From: Oikopleura dioica
Lineage: Eukaryota; Animalia; Chordata
Assembly (NCBI GenBank): GCA_907165135.1
Contig: OU015569.1
Span: 682,001 to 746,000, forward strand
DNA: 64,000 nucleotides
Direction of reading: 5' to 3'
The notes beneath the pieces were generated by a model. That model was not told the DNA's origin and made no database searches. It saw only the letters and a list, made by a program, of their open reading frames with translations. The translations under genes were made by a program, and so were the position numbers. Of the stretch, positions 24,854 through 36,295 are shown in pieces. The first letter of the stretch is position 1, and each line of letters starts with the position of its first letter.

Positions 24854-26627
24854 TTAAGGCAATTTGATCTTGGATTTCTGGAACTGGTCGTAAGCGTCTT
24901 CCATGAGGGCTGGATAAAGAAGCCAAGGAGCTGGCATTGTTCCTAAAAACAGTTTTTAATACAGTAATTTTTGGAAAAATGTATGATGAGCAAAAATGCA
25001 TTTAGACGAGGGATGAGCTGCGTGGGCTGCTCTATCTCTCTTTTTCTTTCTTTCTCTCTTTTTTTTCTGTTATCTATTGCTCTGTGTGTGTACTGTATAT
25101 TTGGGTTGTTATTGTCGTACCACAATGCCATAGCGAGTGGGCGTCAAAAATCCGATAAAGAGGAGGAAAGTCCAAAATTTCAAGTCCGAGTAGCAGGGCC
25201 GAGCCGATCGATACCAAAGTGACTTTGAAAAGCGCTTCACTTCTCTCAATGAGATAAACGCGTACCCATAAAGCAAGCGAGATGATCCCTAAGCACACGC
25301 ACAGCTTCATGTTCAGACCATAATCGATTCTATTTCGCATCGAATACACGTGACAATAAAAGCACGCAGCAACAGCCATGCCAATCTGATTTTACAATTT
25401 GATTGAAATCAACGAGGAGTACCAAGCGAATGTACAACGATCATTTTCTACATACCTGGCTTCGTTTCCGGGGAAAGTTGCGCGAGAGAGAGAGGAAAAG
25501 GGTGGAGTAAATGATGGCGGCGGCGCCTAGGTAATCCATTTTCTCTGAAAGTTTCGTCTCTCGAGCGTGAAATTGCGCCGACATTATCCAGCTGTCAGTT
25601 CAGCTTTCACCCACTTGAGTTGATATCATGAATATACAAGCGATACAAACGGCGCTTGTATGTATCGATGTCTTTTTTTTAATTTCGAGTTAACGCGACT
25701 TTTACTAAAAACGCAAAAAAATAATAAATTGAGTCCTGGGTGAAAGGAGCCCTTTCCCAACGGAGCAAACAACAGCATGGAAGAGTAACACCTTGATGGG
25801 ATTTGAAACGACTCAGTTAACTCTGAGCTACAGTACGAGCTATTTCAGCGGATAAAAATAGGTTCATTGAATCCCAGTTTTCACCACAGACTGGGCTCGA
25901 CAAACTGTGTAGAACCCTGACTCAGGTTGCCGAGCCTAGCCTTACCACAGGTTATAAATTCCATTTCGATAATCAATAAACAGAAATAGCTTTTTAATTG
26001 TCGTTTCTTGTCCCATTCCTTGTCGTCGAGGGCGAACTTTCTCTTTGCCTTTATGAAGCCTTCAAAAGGTTAAACGCGAGGTAGCTATTTTTGCTCAGCC
26101 ATTTTTTGTTTACATAAATGGATAACCTAATCAGCGATAGTAAACACTAAATTCCCAACGGAGAAGACACATGACGCTAATTCTTCGCAATTACCTTTTA
26201 ATAGGCTCGAAATTTGGAATGCATTATTGATGGCTTAAGGCTCCCAGGGACGCTACTAATAATCAAGCTCGAGCCCGGCCCTATTCGACGAAATGGCCAT
26301 TTGCCGAAGAATTGCACTCAGAGCGGAATTTTCAAACGCGTCGAAGTATTGATAAATGAGAAGAGAAAAGGGTTGAAAATCCGTTTCTTGTTTGTTCCAC
26401 TTGGATTTGATGACTTCGTCGGTCTTCTCTATGCACATTGATTTGCAATATAAGGGACAGGGCAAGGGCGTTAATGGAAATGAATAAGTTGGCAGCTCAG
26501 ATACACCATCACAATTTTCAGAAGTGCATTTGGAAAAACACGATCGATACCAGCTACTTCGGTCACCCGGCGAGCCATCGCCCAGCTTTAGATTGATAAG
26601 AAGCACTGCTAGAATTCCCTTCATCAT
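24854..26627 (-). CDS. PGAP3: Post-GPI attachment to proteins factor 3 (Per1-like)
   Basis: Signal peptide then SPGDRS.WYRSC, QFFGKWPFRRI and ILDFPPLYRIFDAHSLWHC. Last exon GTMPAPWLLY...KIKLP* ends at 24854. Confidence 0.9.
25891..25939. mobile_element. Collapsed Family A MITE (PGAP3 intron)
   Basis: CTGGGCTCGAC...GTTGCCGAGCCTAG. Confidence 0.75.
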
Positions 26628-26723
26628 TTGAAGAATCGAACTAGCATTTCTGGAAAGACGGAAGACTATCTGTTTCTAATTCTTCTCATTCTAAAACCGA
26701 GACGAATATTTAAAATGAAGTGA

Positions 26724-27236
26724 TTACTGAAAGTCCTTGTGTGTTATTTTTCGCATGTTTTTAGAATATTTCTTGAGTCTTTTATCTTTGAGGCGTTTCT
26801 TGTTGGCTTTTTCTAATTTCTTCGGATTGTGGTTCTCCAAATATCGTTTTCTTTTGAGCGCTATTTCGCTCTCTTCTTGCTCTAGTGCTGGATTCACTTT
26901 TTCTTCAAAGTCTCGCAGCGCTTTTTCAAAGTTCCTAAAAACTCCGCATGGCCTTTCTTTTCCTAAGCTGCACATTTACCTTAGCGGCTCTCGATGCTTG
27001 CTTTCTATCAGCACAATTTCGCTCTTTTTCGAAATCAAGTGCCCAAAATCTCTTTTGAGGACGCTTCTGTCCGCCGCGGATATCCACTCTTCATCGATGC
27101 TGAATCTAACTTCCACGGCAGTGTCATTTCTATTCACATGCTGTCCTCCTCGCCCTTTCGCAGCCGCAAATTTCTTCCAATTCACAGTGTCCCGAGGAAT
27201 TTTTATCAAAGAGCGCACTGTTGCAATTCGTTGCAT
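26724..27236 (-). CDS. MRPL58: Peptidyl-tRNA hydrolase ICT1 (mitoribosomal mL62)
   Basis: RF-1 family GRGGQHVNRNDTAVEVRF motif and a basic C-terminal helix (KKRLKDKRLKKYSK), with one 45-bp intron. Confidence 0.88.
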
Positions 27237-27284
27237 CGATGTCTGAAAAGCAAATTTTACCATCAATCTATCTCCTTTCTTTTA

Positions 27285-27324
27285 GGACCCTGACTCAGTT
27301 TTGTACACAGGTTGCCGAGCCCAG
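27285..27324. mobile_element. Family A solo right TIR
   Basis: CCCTGACTCAGTTTTGTACACAGGTTGCCGAGCCCAG. Confidence 0.7.
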
Positions 27325-27538
27325 TCCTGCCCGAAATGAAGGAAAATGGGAGTCAGGTGTGAATAGAATGACTTCTTTATTAACAAATAATACAAAATAT
27401 ACTTATTTCGATAAGTACTAGTAGGTTGGAACGAATAGGTTGGTTTTGCAGGCAGTGAGAGGGAAAAGAGCTGAAATTACAGTAAAGCGAGATTTACAGG
27501 ACGAGTTTTCGACCGTTTGAAGTTGGGATGTCTTTCTA

Positions 27539-29776
27539 TCAGCTTTCGCTCGAAGGAAGCATCAAAGGAGGCTGCGTGATTCCGAGCATGGCATTCGAAT
27601 GCGACGAGTTCTGACTTGGATGGCTAGAAAAGAATGAAATTTGGAGGCTGGAATGAAATTCAGCTTGGCTACCTTTCATAGATTCCATGCGTATGATGCA
27701 TGTGATAACGGAGAGATTGCTTGATGCTATACGCTTTGGAGCACATGCTGCATTTGTACGGCTTGTCTCCTGAAAATTTCGTTATTTACAGTACCAAGCC
27801 TCTATTTTTACCTGAATGAAGAATAGTCACATGCCGCCTAAGATTTCCAAGTTGGGAAAACGCCCTGTTGCAGTGTTTGCATTTGTGCTTGTTGCAGCTT
27901 TTCTTGTGCTTCTGGTAGTCCAGCGAGTTGTTGAAGATTTTCTGAAGGAGTAGGAAATATGGCTTGCATTCAAACTGAGGAATTCACCTTGCAGAAATCG
28001 CACTGATTTTGAAGATGGTACATTTGATAGGTTTTCTGACTGATTGGCGCTGGTGTTAGCATGGTGAGCGTCGGAGCAGCTTCTCCATGGTCATCTGAAA
28101 GGCGATTCTAGAGCAGGAACGATAAGGGGAGGCTTACGTTGTACAGGAACCTCGAAGGGCATCGGCGCTGGCAGTGAGCTAGCCATCATTTGAATTGAAG
28201 GAGCAGTCTGGGCGAGGGTTGAAACAGGATTGAGGTAAGAGGCGAGTGGGTCGGAAAGAAGGGAGGGAGCTTGCGCGGAGATCGTGTTTGCCGCCGGAGG
28301 AAGCAGGTTCGAACTGATATTCCGGTACTATTAAAAAGAAACAGTAGATGTGAAGAAAAACAAGGCTGAAATCCAATACCTGAATGGACTGCTCTTCTTG
28401 CGGATCTTCGTGTCGACTCAGCTCTTCCAGCGCTTCTTCCAATCCATATTCTGGCCTGGCTGATTGACGGGTGTAGTCTTCCTCGACGCGTTTCATTTCT
28501 TCTTCATTCACATCGTCGTTCGTGTCATTGTCGTGCGATTTGTGCGCCTTTTTCATGTGATACTGGAGACTCTGTTTGATCGCGTATCGTTTTCCGCAGA
28601 CGTCGCACTCGAACTTTTTGTCCGCTTCGTCCGAGTGCTTGATCATCATGTGTCGCCGGAGGTTGTGCTGGTTCGTGAAGGGACGCTGACAGACGGTGCA
28701 GGTAAAATGATGGCTGTGCAATGCCTTGATGTGCTTGAGCGTTTCTTCTTTTGATGGAAAGGTCTGGCGGCACGATTTGCACTTGAATCCGTTCGGCACG
28801 GCTTCGAAGCGATCTTCCACTCCTTGTCCGAGTTCGACGCGTTCGTTCTCTAGCACGGAATCGTCATTCAAAGGCAGCATGGAGCCATCGTCATCTTGGA
28901 GCACCATCTCTTCCGTTTCCGCAGCAGCGTTTTGAGCATTTCCTCCAACTTGCTGCCGTCGAGAAGATGCGAGGGAAATGATCTGCGTCGTCGACGACAC
29001 TTGCGGCAGTTCGCCGTTTTCTTCGCCGCTGTTTAGGGGACGGGGCTCGCTACTGTGGCCATCCATTCCTTGGGCTAGGTTCGGCAACATGTGTAGAAAC
29101 CTGAGTCAGGGTTAGGAAGAGATTGAAATGAAAGTTTGTCGACTTCGTAATTAACCCCTTTCGGGACCCTGAGTCAGGTTTTTACACAGGTTGCCGAGCC
29201 CATTCCTTGTGCATGTTCAGGAGAGACGATGATGATTGTACTAGCTTCTTGGTTCATTGAATTCGCATTTTCTCCGTCTTCTAGAGCGAATTGAGTGGAG
29301 CTCTCAGTGAATCGCTTTTGGACGGAAGGAAGGGGCGGGAGAACCGTGTCGCCTTGAACGATTCGTTTGCACTTTGAAACCAGCTTTGGAATTTCCAGAC
29401 GCTTGGCGAGATTCATAATCGGGTAGACGCTCTGCTCGTGCAAATGCAGCTCGCCGGTGTACATCCATTTCAAAATCTGCAAAATATTGTCTTCGTCCTT
29501 TTTCGAGTAGCTGAGAATGCTCTCTTCGTCCTTGCTCGGCGGGCGGTTGCAGTAGAACTCGGGGAAGAGGAACTCGTGGAAGACTTCAGAGTAAGCAGCG
29601 AGGACGTAAGAATGGACGAGAATGGACTGCTCGCTGATGCGTAATTCGACGTCCGTCCGGATTCGCTTTTTGCGACATTTTTCGATGAAGCTCAATAAAT
29701 CGTCGCCGTGGTCTTCGTACTCGATCGGAATAGACTTCGGCAGCTCGTCGAAGAGCGTTGCCGAGTCCTTTTTCAA
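27539..29776 (-). CDS. BTB/POZ plus C2H2 zinc finger transcription factor (ZBTB family); 5' end unresolved
   Basis: BTB: TDVELRISEQSILVHSYVLAAYS..ILKWMYTGEL. C2H2 fingers: CKSC..HIKALH, CTVCQRPFTNQHNLRRH, CDVCGKRY, CKHCNRAFSQLGNLRRH and GDKPYKCSMC. Confidence 0.9.
29075..29203. mobile_element. Family A MITE inserted between two coding segments of the BTB-ZF gene (candidate MITE-derived intron)
   Basis: Termini CTAGGTTCGGCAAC...GTTGCCGAGCCCAT. TSD TCCTTGGG (29067-29074) / TCCTTGTG (29204-29211). Confidence 0.88.
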
Positions 29777-30208
29777 GGTTTCAAATCAATTTTAGAATCG
29801 ATAAAAGCAATAAAATCATCTTTTTACGTCGAAAAACGACGAAATTTCAAGCGCAAGATCTATTTAAACTCATATTTTTACGATAAAATCTATTGAAATT
29901 TAATGTTTTATGAATACTGTATAAATGCGAAATTAACAAATTGAAACCTGCCAGCATTTCTCGTTAGTCTGCCAGACTTTCCAAAAAATGAGAAAAAGGA
30001 GAGTCATCGACCAATGGCGCGCCTGTGAGAAAATATTGATGCAACCCTGCAAAAAAAAAACGACAGAAAAGTTCAAAAACTGTGCTTTTGAAAAACTTGA
30101 ACACACTGTGTTCAACACAGTAAGATTGTTATGAAAGAAATTGATTTTATTCAGGATCGTTATTGAGCAGCTCAGGATTTTAGAGATAAAGTGTTTGTAT
30201 TTGTTGTT

Positions 30209-30412
30209 TTACAAACACTTCGGTATTCTTCTCAATCTTCTCGTTTGAGAAGCTCTTTGCTCATTTTCCTTCTGGGTTTCTTTCCGCCTTCGGAACTAAA
30301 AATATTATCGTTAATTTAATCAATTTATCTCGTGGCTACGTACCTTATTTTTTGCGCTCTCGGACCGATGAAGCTCGGAGACTGAGCGCGCCGCTGCTCC
30401 GCGCCCTGACAT
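30209..30412 (-). CDS. Possible small basic two-exon protein (~51 aa)
   Basis: ATG 30412 MSGRGAAARSVSELHRSESAKNK, donor GTACGT, acceptor TTTAG, then FRRRKETQKENEQRASQTRRLRRIPKCL*. No family recognised. Confidence 0.3.
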
Positions 30413-30469
30413 CAACAAAATTTCTAGAGAATTTTCTGCTTTTCTGAGAATCGCGCTCGGCTCTTTTAA

Positions 30470-30778
30470 AAACAAGGCGGCTTCGCAAGAATTTAAAAAT
30501 ATATTGGAAAGATAATTTTGTGAAGCCGCTTTGCGGCTTTGTTTGAAAAAAAGCCGCGCGCGGCTTTTCAGAAAAGATCTTTCTGACCCTGACACAGGTT
30601 TTTTACACAGGTTCCTGAGTCTAAGAGCAGATTAGTAATTGAATTGATTTGATAAAAAGCGGCGCAGCGGCTTAAACAACAAAGCCGCAAAGCGGCTTCG
30701 CCAAGATAACCATCTCAAGCAATCCTAGCTCCTTCAGGACCCTGACTCAGGTTTTCTACGCAGTTTGTCGAATCCAGA
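30470..30778. mobile_element. Two partial Family A MITEs
   Basis: Hairpin cores plus right TIRs at ~30585-30625 and ~30740-30778. Confidence 0.7.
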
Positions 30779-30897
30779 CAAGTAATTGAATGAAAATAAT
30801 AATAATAATAAGACGAAAAAACATATTTTTGTTTTGAAAACTTCTTTATTATTGAACCCGAAGTTTTTTAGCACAGTTAATTAATAAATAATGAAAG

Positions 30898-33301
30898 CTA
30901 AATCTTAACATGAGTAAAATGAATGGTCTCGTCTTCGAGGGAAGAAGAGTGAGTCGAGATTTCCGAAGAACAAGTGGAAGTTCGAGGATGGAACTCTTCG
31001 TTGTTGTCGCTGTCCTTGAGGAGCTCGTTTTTCTTCGTCATCTTTTTGTTGAAAAAAGTGCCGATGCGCTCCAGCAAGCTGTAGGTTCGGTACATTCTGG
31101 CAGCGATTATGAGCAGGCTCAGGATTGGCAGCAAGATGAGAGTTTCGATCGTGATCCAGCCACTTCTTAAATTGATCTTCAGCAAAAGAGTTTTCAATTT
31201 ATTCAAAGTTGAAGTAATAAATCACGACAGATAGAATGATGACTATATTGATGGTCAAAGCAAGGGTCTGGGCTCGGCAACCTGTGGAGAAAACCTGACT
31301 CAGGGTCTGGAAGATCACTCGCGGCTTTTCAGACCCTGACTCAGGTTTTCAACAAGTTGCCGAGCCTAGGCAAGGGTAGTGAAGGAATACCTCGTGTTTT
31401 CTTTAAAATCTTCATGGATGTCTTCGAGGGTCAGGTTCTTCGTCTTTGGAAGTGTTTCACTAGAACACAGAGTAATCGAAAGGAGTGATAAAAACAGTGA
31501 ACTTACGAAAGATAAGCTCCAGGTTGGACAACAGCTCTGACTTCGGGAGCGTTTAGGATCTTTTCCGGCTCGATTTTTTGACCGATTTTGCTCTTGATTT
31601 CTTCCAGAATGCTCTTTTCTTTGTAGTTCTCGATTCCGAACAGTCCTTCGTTCATCGATTCAGTGGTGTTGCTGTAGATCGTGAATTCCGCATCAGTGGT
31701 GAAGATTTCATTCGGAGAGATCGCTTTCTGAGCTCGGGCTCCTCTTCGTTTTCGAGTTGAGTTGATGATCTTGACTGTGTCGAACTTGAAGGATGTCTCG
31801 CAGCTGGAAAAGAAGGTTAGAGAGAGAGTTGGGGAAGAGGATTCTTACATGAGTTTCATTGGGTCTCCGTTTCTGAAAATCGCGACTTGGAAGTTGAACG
31901 CCAGTGCTCGTTTTGAGTTGTATTCGAAATCTTGGCCGATGTAGGAAGTTGGCGAAGCTTCGATTTCGACTGGGACGATTGGATTTGGAACCACGCTGTT
32001 GTCTTGAAATCATGATGAATATTCGGACAAAAAGGAGGAAGGTTTACCGGAAATGATGAGGTATTTCATCGAGGGGTCGTTTGGAGAAGCAAGCCAGCAG
32101 TTGTTGAGGTTGAAGTCGACTTCTTCGCCGTCAAAAGCGACTGTTCGCCGAAGAGGGAGCACGGGTTGGATTCGGGCGTGAATCACTTCTCCGATGATGT
32201 AGCTCAGTTCACCGTTGGGCAGTTCCGCCATCGAAGCTAGAAATGATCTATTGAGGATCTAATTCATTTTACAAGAGCTAACCTGGAATTCCCGGCCAAA
32301 TACCAAACTCAGTTTTCCACAAAGTCATCTTCACTTCCACTGGCTTGTCTTCCACATTCATCGGGTTCTGAAAAGAGTGAGGGAGGTCCTAAGATCCAAT
32401 TGAATTACCAGAACGCTGGGGAAAATAGCCTGCTCGACACTCTCAACGATCACTTTGCAGGTCACTTCTTTCAGCGGTCTCGGCATTCGGATGCCCTGCG
32501 AGGATTGTCGGTCCCAGACGACAGTGCTAGAAGAAAAGAACGAGCCGCTGAAGTCGCGCTGGAGCTCGATCTGGTTGCAGCCACGGTTCTCGACGCTGCA
32601 GCTGTCGAAGACGTAGAACTCTCCTTCGAGCCTGAAATACCCGATTTAGCAATCAGCTTGGGTTGAAACTTCTTGCCTGAATTTGCAAGGGTCGAAAAAG
32701 TCACACATGCCCAATTGATCTCGGCACATGTGGAGTACTCCGTTTTGTTTTCCTTGTTCCATTTCCTCCATGTACGCTTTTGGAACAGCCATTCTATCCT
32801 AGGCTCGCCACAAGTCTCAGAAGATTTGGAACCATTTTCCTGCGCCCGACAACCTGTGTAGTAAGCCTGAGTCAGGGTCTGAAGTACTTGAATGAAAAGC
32901 CGCGTGGCGGCTTTTTAAAAGAAGAAGCCGCAAAGCAGTTTCGCCAGAATTCCAAAATTCATTGAAAAGGCTTTTTGCGGCTTCTTTTTTAAAAAAGCCG
33001 CTACGCGGCTAATCATTCAAGTTTTTCAGACCCTGACTCAGGTATTCTACGCAGGTTCCTAAGCCCAGCTCCCTTGTATCTAGCCCTTCCTAATACAGCT
33101 TCCATCGCAGGTAAAATCAAGCTCGTAATCACACTTCTTCCCAATCAAGGGAGAATTATGCTCCATCCTACAAAAGTACGAGTCCTCATCTCGACAGGAC
33201 TCTTCGCAAATACAGCCATTGCTACAGGGATTCTCTCGGCACACTCCCGCCGACTGGCAAAAAGAAAGGGCGAGCAAAGAGCAAAAAATAAAAAGCCTCA
33301 T
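30898..33301 (-). CDS. EGF plus ZP-domain single-pass membrane protein
   Basis: Signal MRLFIFCSLLALSFC and an EGF-like CRENPCSNGCIC. ZP-like MAVPKAY..C..C, LNNCWLASPNDPSMKYLII and AFNFQVAIF. Furin-type RKRR site and a C-terminal hydrophobic helix ILLPILSLLIIA. Confidence 0.75.
31268..31369. mobile_element. Family A MITE with perfect TSD
   Basis: CTGGGCTCGGCAAC...GTTGCCGAGCCTAG. TSD GCAAGGGT at 31260-31267 and 31370-31377. Confidence 0.92.
32840..33068. mobile_element. Family A MITE (intron of the EGF-ZP gene)
   Basis: TIR pair and four internal hairpins. Confidence 0.8.
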
Positions 33302-33544
33302 TTCCGACGGCAAAAATCTCGCAAATGGGGGCCTTTTTGCAACTTTCGCTGCGCCAAGTTCACGCAGATGGGCGCGATTTTCGTCCCGGAGAAACGGAAA
33401 ATCAGAGTTTAAAAAACATAACGATAAAAACATTTTTTTTTCAGATTTCTTATAAAATTTCTTGGGAGATTTTCTTAATGAAATTATTGATAGTCTTCCT
33501 TGATTTCAACTTCTTTTTTTTATTTGTTCTATTCATCAGTACAG

Positions 33545-33720
33545 TTAGGTTCGGCAACCTGTGTAAAAACCTGAGTCAGGGACTCAAAGATATTAAATGA
33601 AAAGGCGCAAAGCGGCTTTTTCTTTTAAAGAAGCCGCATAGTTTACCATTCCTTCGCAGCTTTTCATCAAAAAACTTTGAGACCCTGACTCAGGTTTTCT
33701 CAACAGGTTCCCAAGCCCAG
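33545..33720. mobile_element. Family A MITE with near-perfect TSD
   Basis: TSD CAGTACAG (33537-33544) / CATTACAG (33721-33728). Confidence 0.85.
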
Positions 33721-34156
33721 CATTACAGGTACTTCACAAAAAATGGAGCTGTTTATAGACACATCGACAATTGTATTTGCAAGATATCTAGGTGGACTAA
33801 ACAAGGGTCTCGCATCAATTGATCTTGAGAGCTTCGCCGAGATAAGATGCTGGACGTCTGTCGACATCGAGAAAAACCCTCCAGAAGGCGAGGACGGTTG
33901 CTAAGTTGCAAAAGCACAGGTGATTATTAACAAAAGCGAAGGTCCCTACTTTTGCCAAGAAAACCTTGTCGAGCTTTCCTTTTTGGAAAATTGCCAAAAA
34001 CTGAATTAGCTAGCTTCATCAACCTGAGTAGAAAACCTGAGTCAGGTTCTATTTTGATGATTCCTGAAAATAGATGCCAGAAAAATGCATCAAATTGCAC
34101 AAAAACACGATCTTTGCAAATGAAAAACTGCAATTTGCAGTCTGCAAATGAAATAA

Positions 34157-35115
34157 GGCAGCGCCTGTTTTGCCCAAATTCCCGGATCGCCCACATCCCG
34201 GATCGCCCATTTTCCTGGATCGCCCATTGTGGGCAAAACGGGAAAATGTGCGGAACGGGATTTGTGTGCAAACTAGGATTTGCAATTGTAAATTTGAAAT
34301 ATGATAATGAAAGAAGGTGGTTTAGAAATTCTAACGTTAGTTTGCACGCAACCTCCAATTTATCACCTCCAAAAAGGGTTGAATCTCATACTTGCGCGTG
34401 CTAATCCCTGCAAAAATCTGACCTCGGATGACCCCAAATGACAGTTTTTAATGAAGAAAGATAGATAAAATGTCTTTTGGGGGCATTTGTGACACAAATG
34501 GTGTACTTTTTGTGAAAAAGTACTCAATTTTTGTCGAGTTCCCCGACTTCAAGAGCCTCTAGCTCCTCAGGAACCCCTGGTCTCAGTACTTTTCTATATC
34601 TCAAAATGAACGTCAGAGCCTGGGCTACAATTCTAGCACAGCCACTAGCTCTAAAAGGGCGGTCTGGGCATTCAAAAATTCAAATTTCCGAAGTTGGCCA
34701 GATTTTGGGACTTCGGAGGTACCTAAATGCCCTCAGGGCACAAGATAACCCTCAGCTATCAATAGTCAAAATGATCCCCAGCTTCTGAGCTATCTAAAAC
34801 TGTATTATATGCTCACCTTACTAAGCCCAAAAAAGCTCAATTAAAAGTGTTTTCCCCTATTCCCAATTTCATATCGGACATTCCAAAGTAGATTTGACCG
34901 AGTTATGATTTTTTGAAAGAAGAAAAGAAGAAAAGATATAATACTCAGGGATAAAGAGTTCCTTTTCTAATTTTGTAAATCCCGTTCTGCCCAATCCTGA
35001 ATTGCACATTTTCCTGATCCGCACATTTTCCCGTTTTGCCCACAATGGGCGATCAAGGAAAATGGGCGATCCGGGATGTGGGCGATCCGGGATTTTGGGC
35101 GAAACGGGAGCTGCC
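34157..35115. mobile_element. MULE/Mutator-like non-autonomous element
   Basis: ~100-bp TIRs starting GGCAGC with reiterated GGATCGCCCA. Perfect 9-bp TSD ATGAAATAA at 34148-34156 and 35116-35124. Confidence 0.88.
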
Positions 35116-35547
35116 ATGAAATAAGTAGCATTACTGTATTCTGCAAGTCGAGGCCTGTGTCCTTGAGAAGCTTGTTTTATGAGTACTGGCGATTAATTTG
35201 TATTCTGGAATGTCTCCATTCATCCAAATCGTCAATGACGAAATAATTTCATCGTCGTTTCTATTTTGAGTTGTTGTTGATTCGCTTCAGTAATTTTAAG
35301 TTCTATCTATGTTCAGAGGGTAACACAGGCCGCCATTTGCTCTTCAGCCTTGTATTCTTTATCACTCCATCCAGAAGAGTTGATAAAAGGTCGTCTACCA
35401 CCATTTGAAATGAAAATCGATGCGATAAAAAGTTCACGATGAAACTTTAATTCCCACGACTTCTTTTATTGCTGAAACGGCAACAATAAACGGCCTCTTA
35501 TTTTCCCACTCGAGCGATAAGAACTTCCAAGAAAGGGATCAACTTAA

Positions 35548-36078
35548 CCGCATGGGACAGATCGGGGGATAGAGGCGCTCGGACAGAAGGTGTATTCCAC
35601 TGCACTTAAGAAAACTACTGGTCGGATAAACTTGAAAATTATACCCAATACTAATTTTAGGGTGTAGATTTCAAATCCGCCATCAAAATTTGCATAGCGC
35701 TTTTCCTTATTGCAGAAAAAAATGGCATTTATCACATGGGGTCTCAAAAATTATCTTTTATTTAGATTTCTTGAAAAAGTAAATTCAATATTTGAAATCA
35801 GCGATATCGAAAACATATAAAACCCCTTTTAGTAGACAAAATTCTTGATATTGGTTCGGTTTCAATGTGCAAATACTCAGCGGGAGGGCGATTAGGCCGC
35901 ATATAATCCGGTGCAGAGGGCGGTTGGTAACCGATAATTCCTTGAAACTTATCAGACCTGCTCCAATTATATGAAGGAACAACCATTTTAATTTTTATCT
36001 AATTTGGACAATTTGTTCGGAAGTTATTAAGCTGAAAAGTCCTTAAGTGCAGTGGAATACACCTTCTGTCCCATGCGG
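35548..36078. mobile_element. piggyBac-like non-autonomous element
   Basis: TTAA on both sides. TIR CCGCATGGGACAGA plus internal IR AGGTGTATTCCACTGCACTTAAG with an asymmetric spacer. Confidence 0.82.
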
Positions 36079-36100
36079 TTAATGACGATGGTCTGGGATT

Positions 36101-36295
36101 TTCGGCTCGGCAACCTGTGTCGAAACCTGAGTCAGGGCCGGAAAGAGCTTAAATGAAAAGCCGCGCAGCGGCTATTTTGGAAAGGAAGCTGCGAATGCAA
36201 AGCGGCTTCGTTTCCAGAATAGCCGCTTCGCGGCTTTTCATTCAAGCTCTTTCAGGCCCTGACTCAGGTTTTGGACACAGGTTGCCGAGCCGAGA
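36101..36295. mobile_element. Family A MITE
   Basis: TIR pair and internal hairpins. Confidence 0.8.

Noticed and set aside
29060-29090. ATG at 29090 as the start of a separate 303-aa zinc finger gene
   Set aside because: That ATG and the first codons come from the MITE arm. The frame is better explained as a downstream exon of the BTB gene.
32840-33068. A second MITE-as-intron case in the EGF-ZP gene
   Set aside because: Using the element end as acceptor gives stop codons or the wrong frame. The usable acceptor is ~40 nt further on, so the MITE just lies within an intron.
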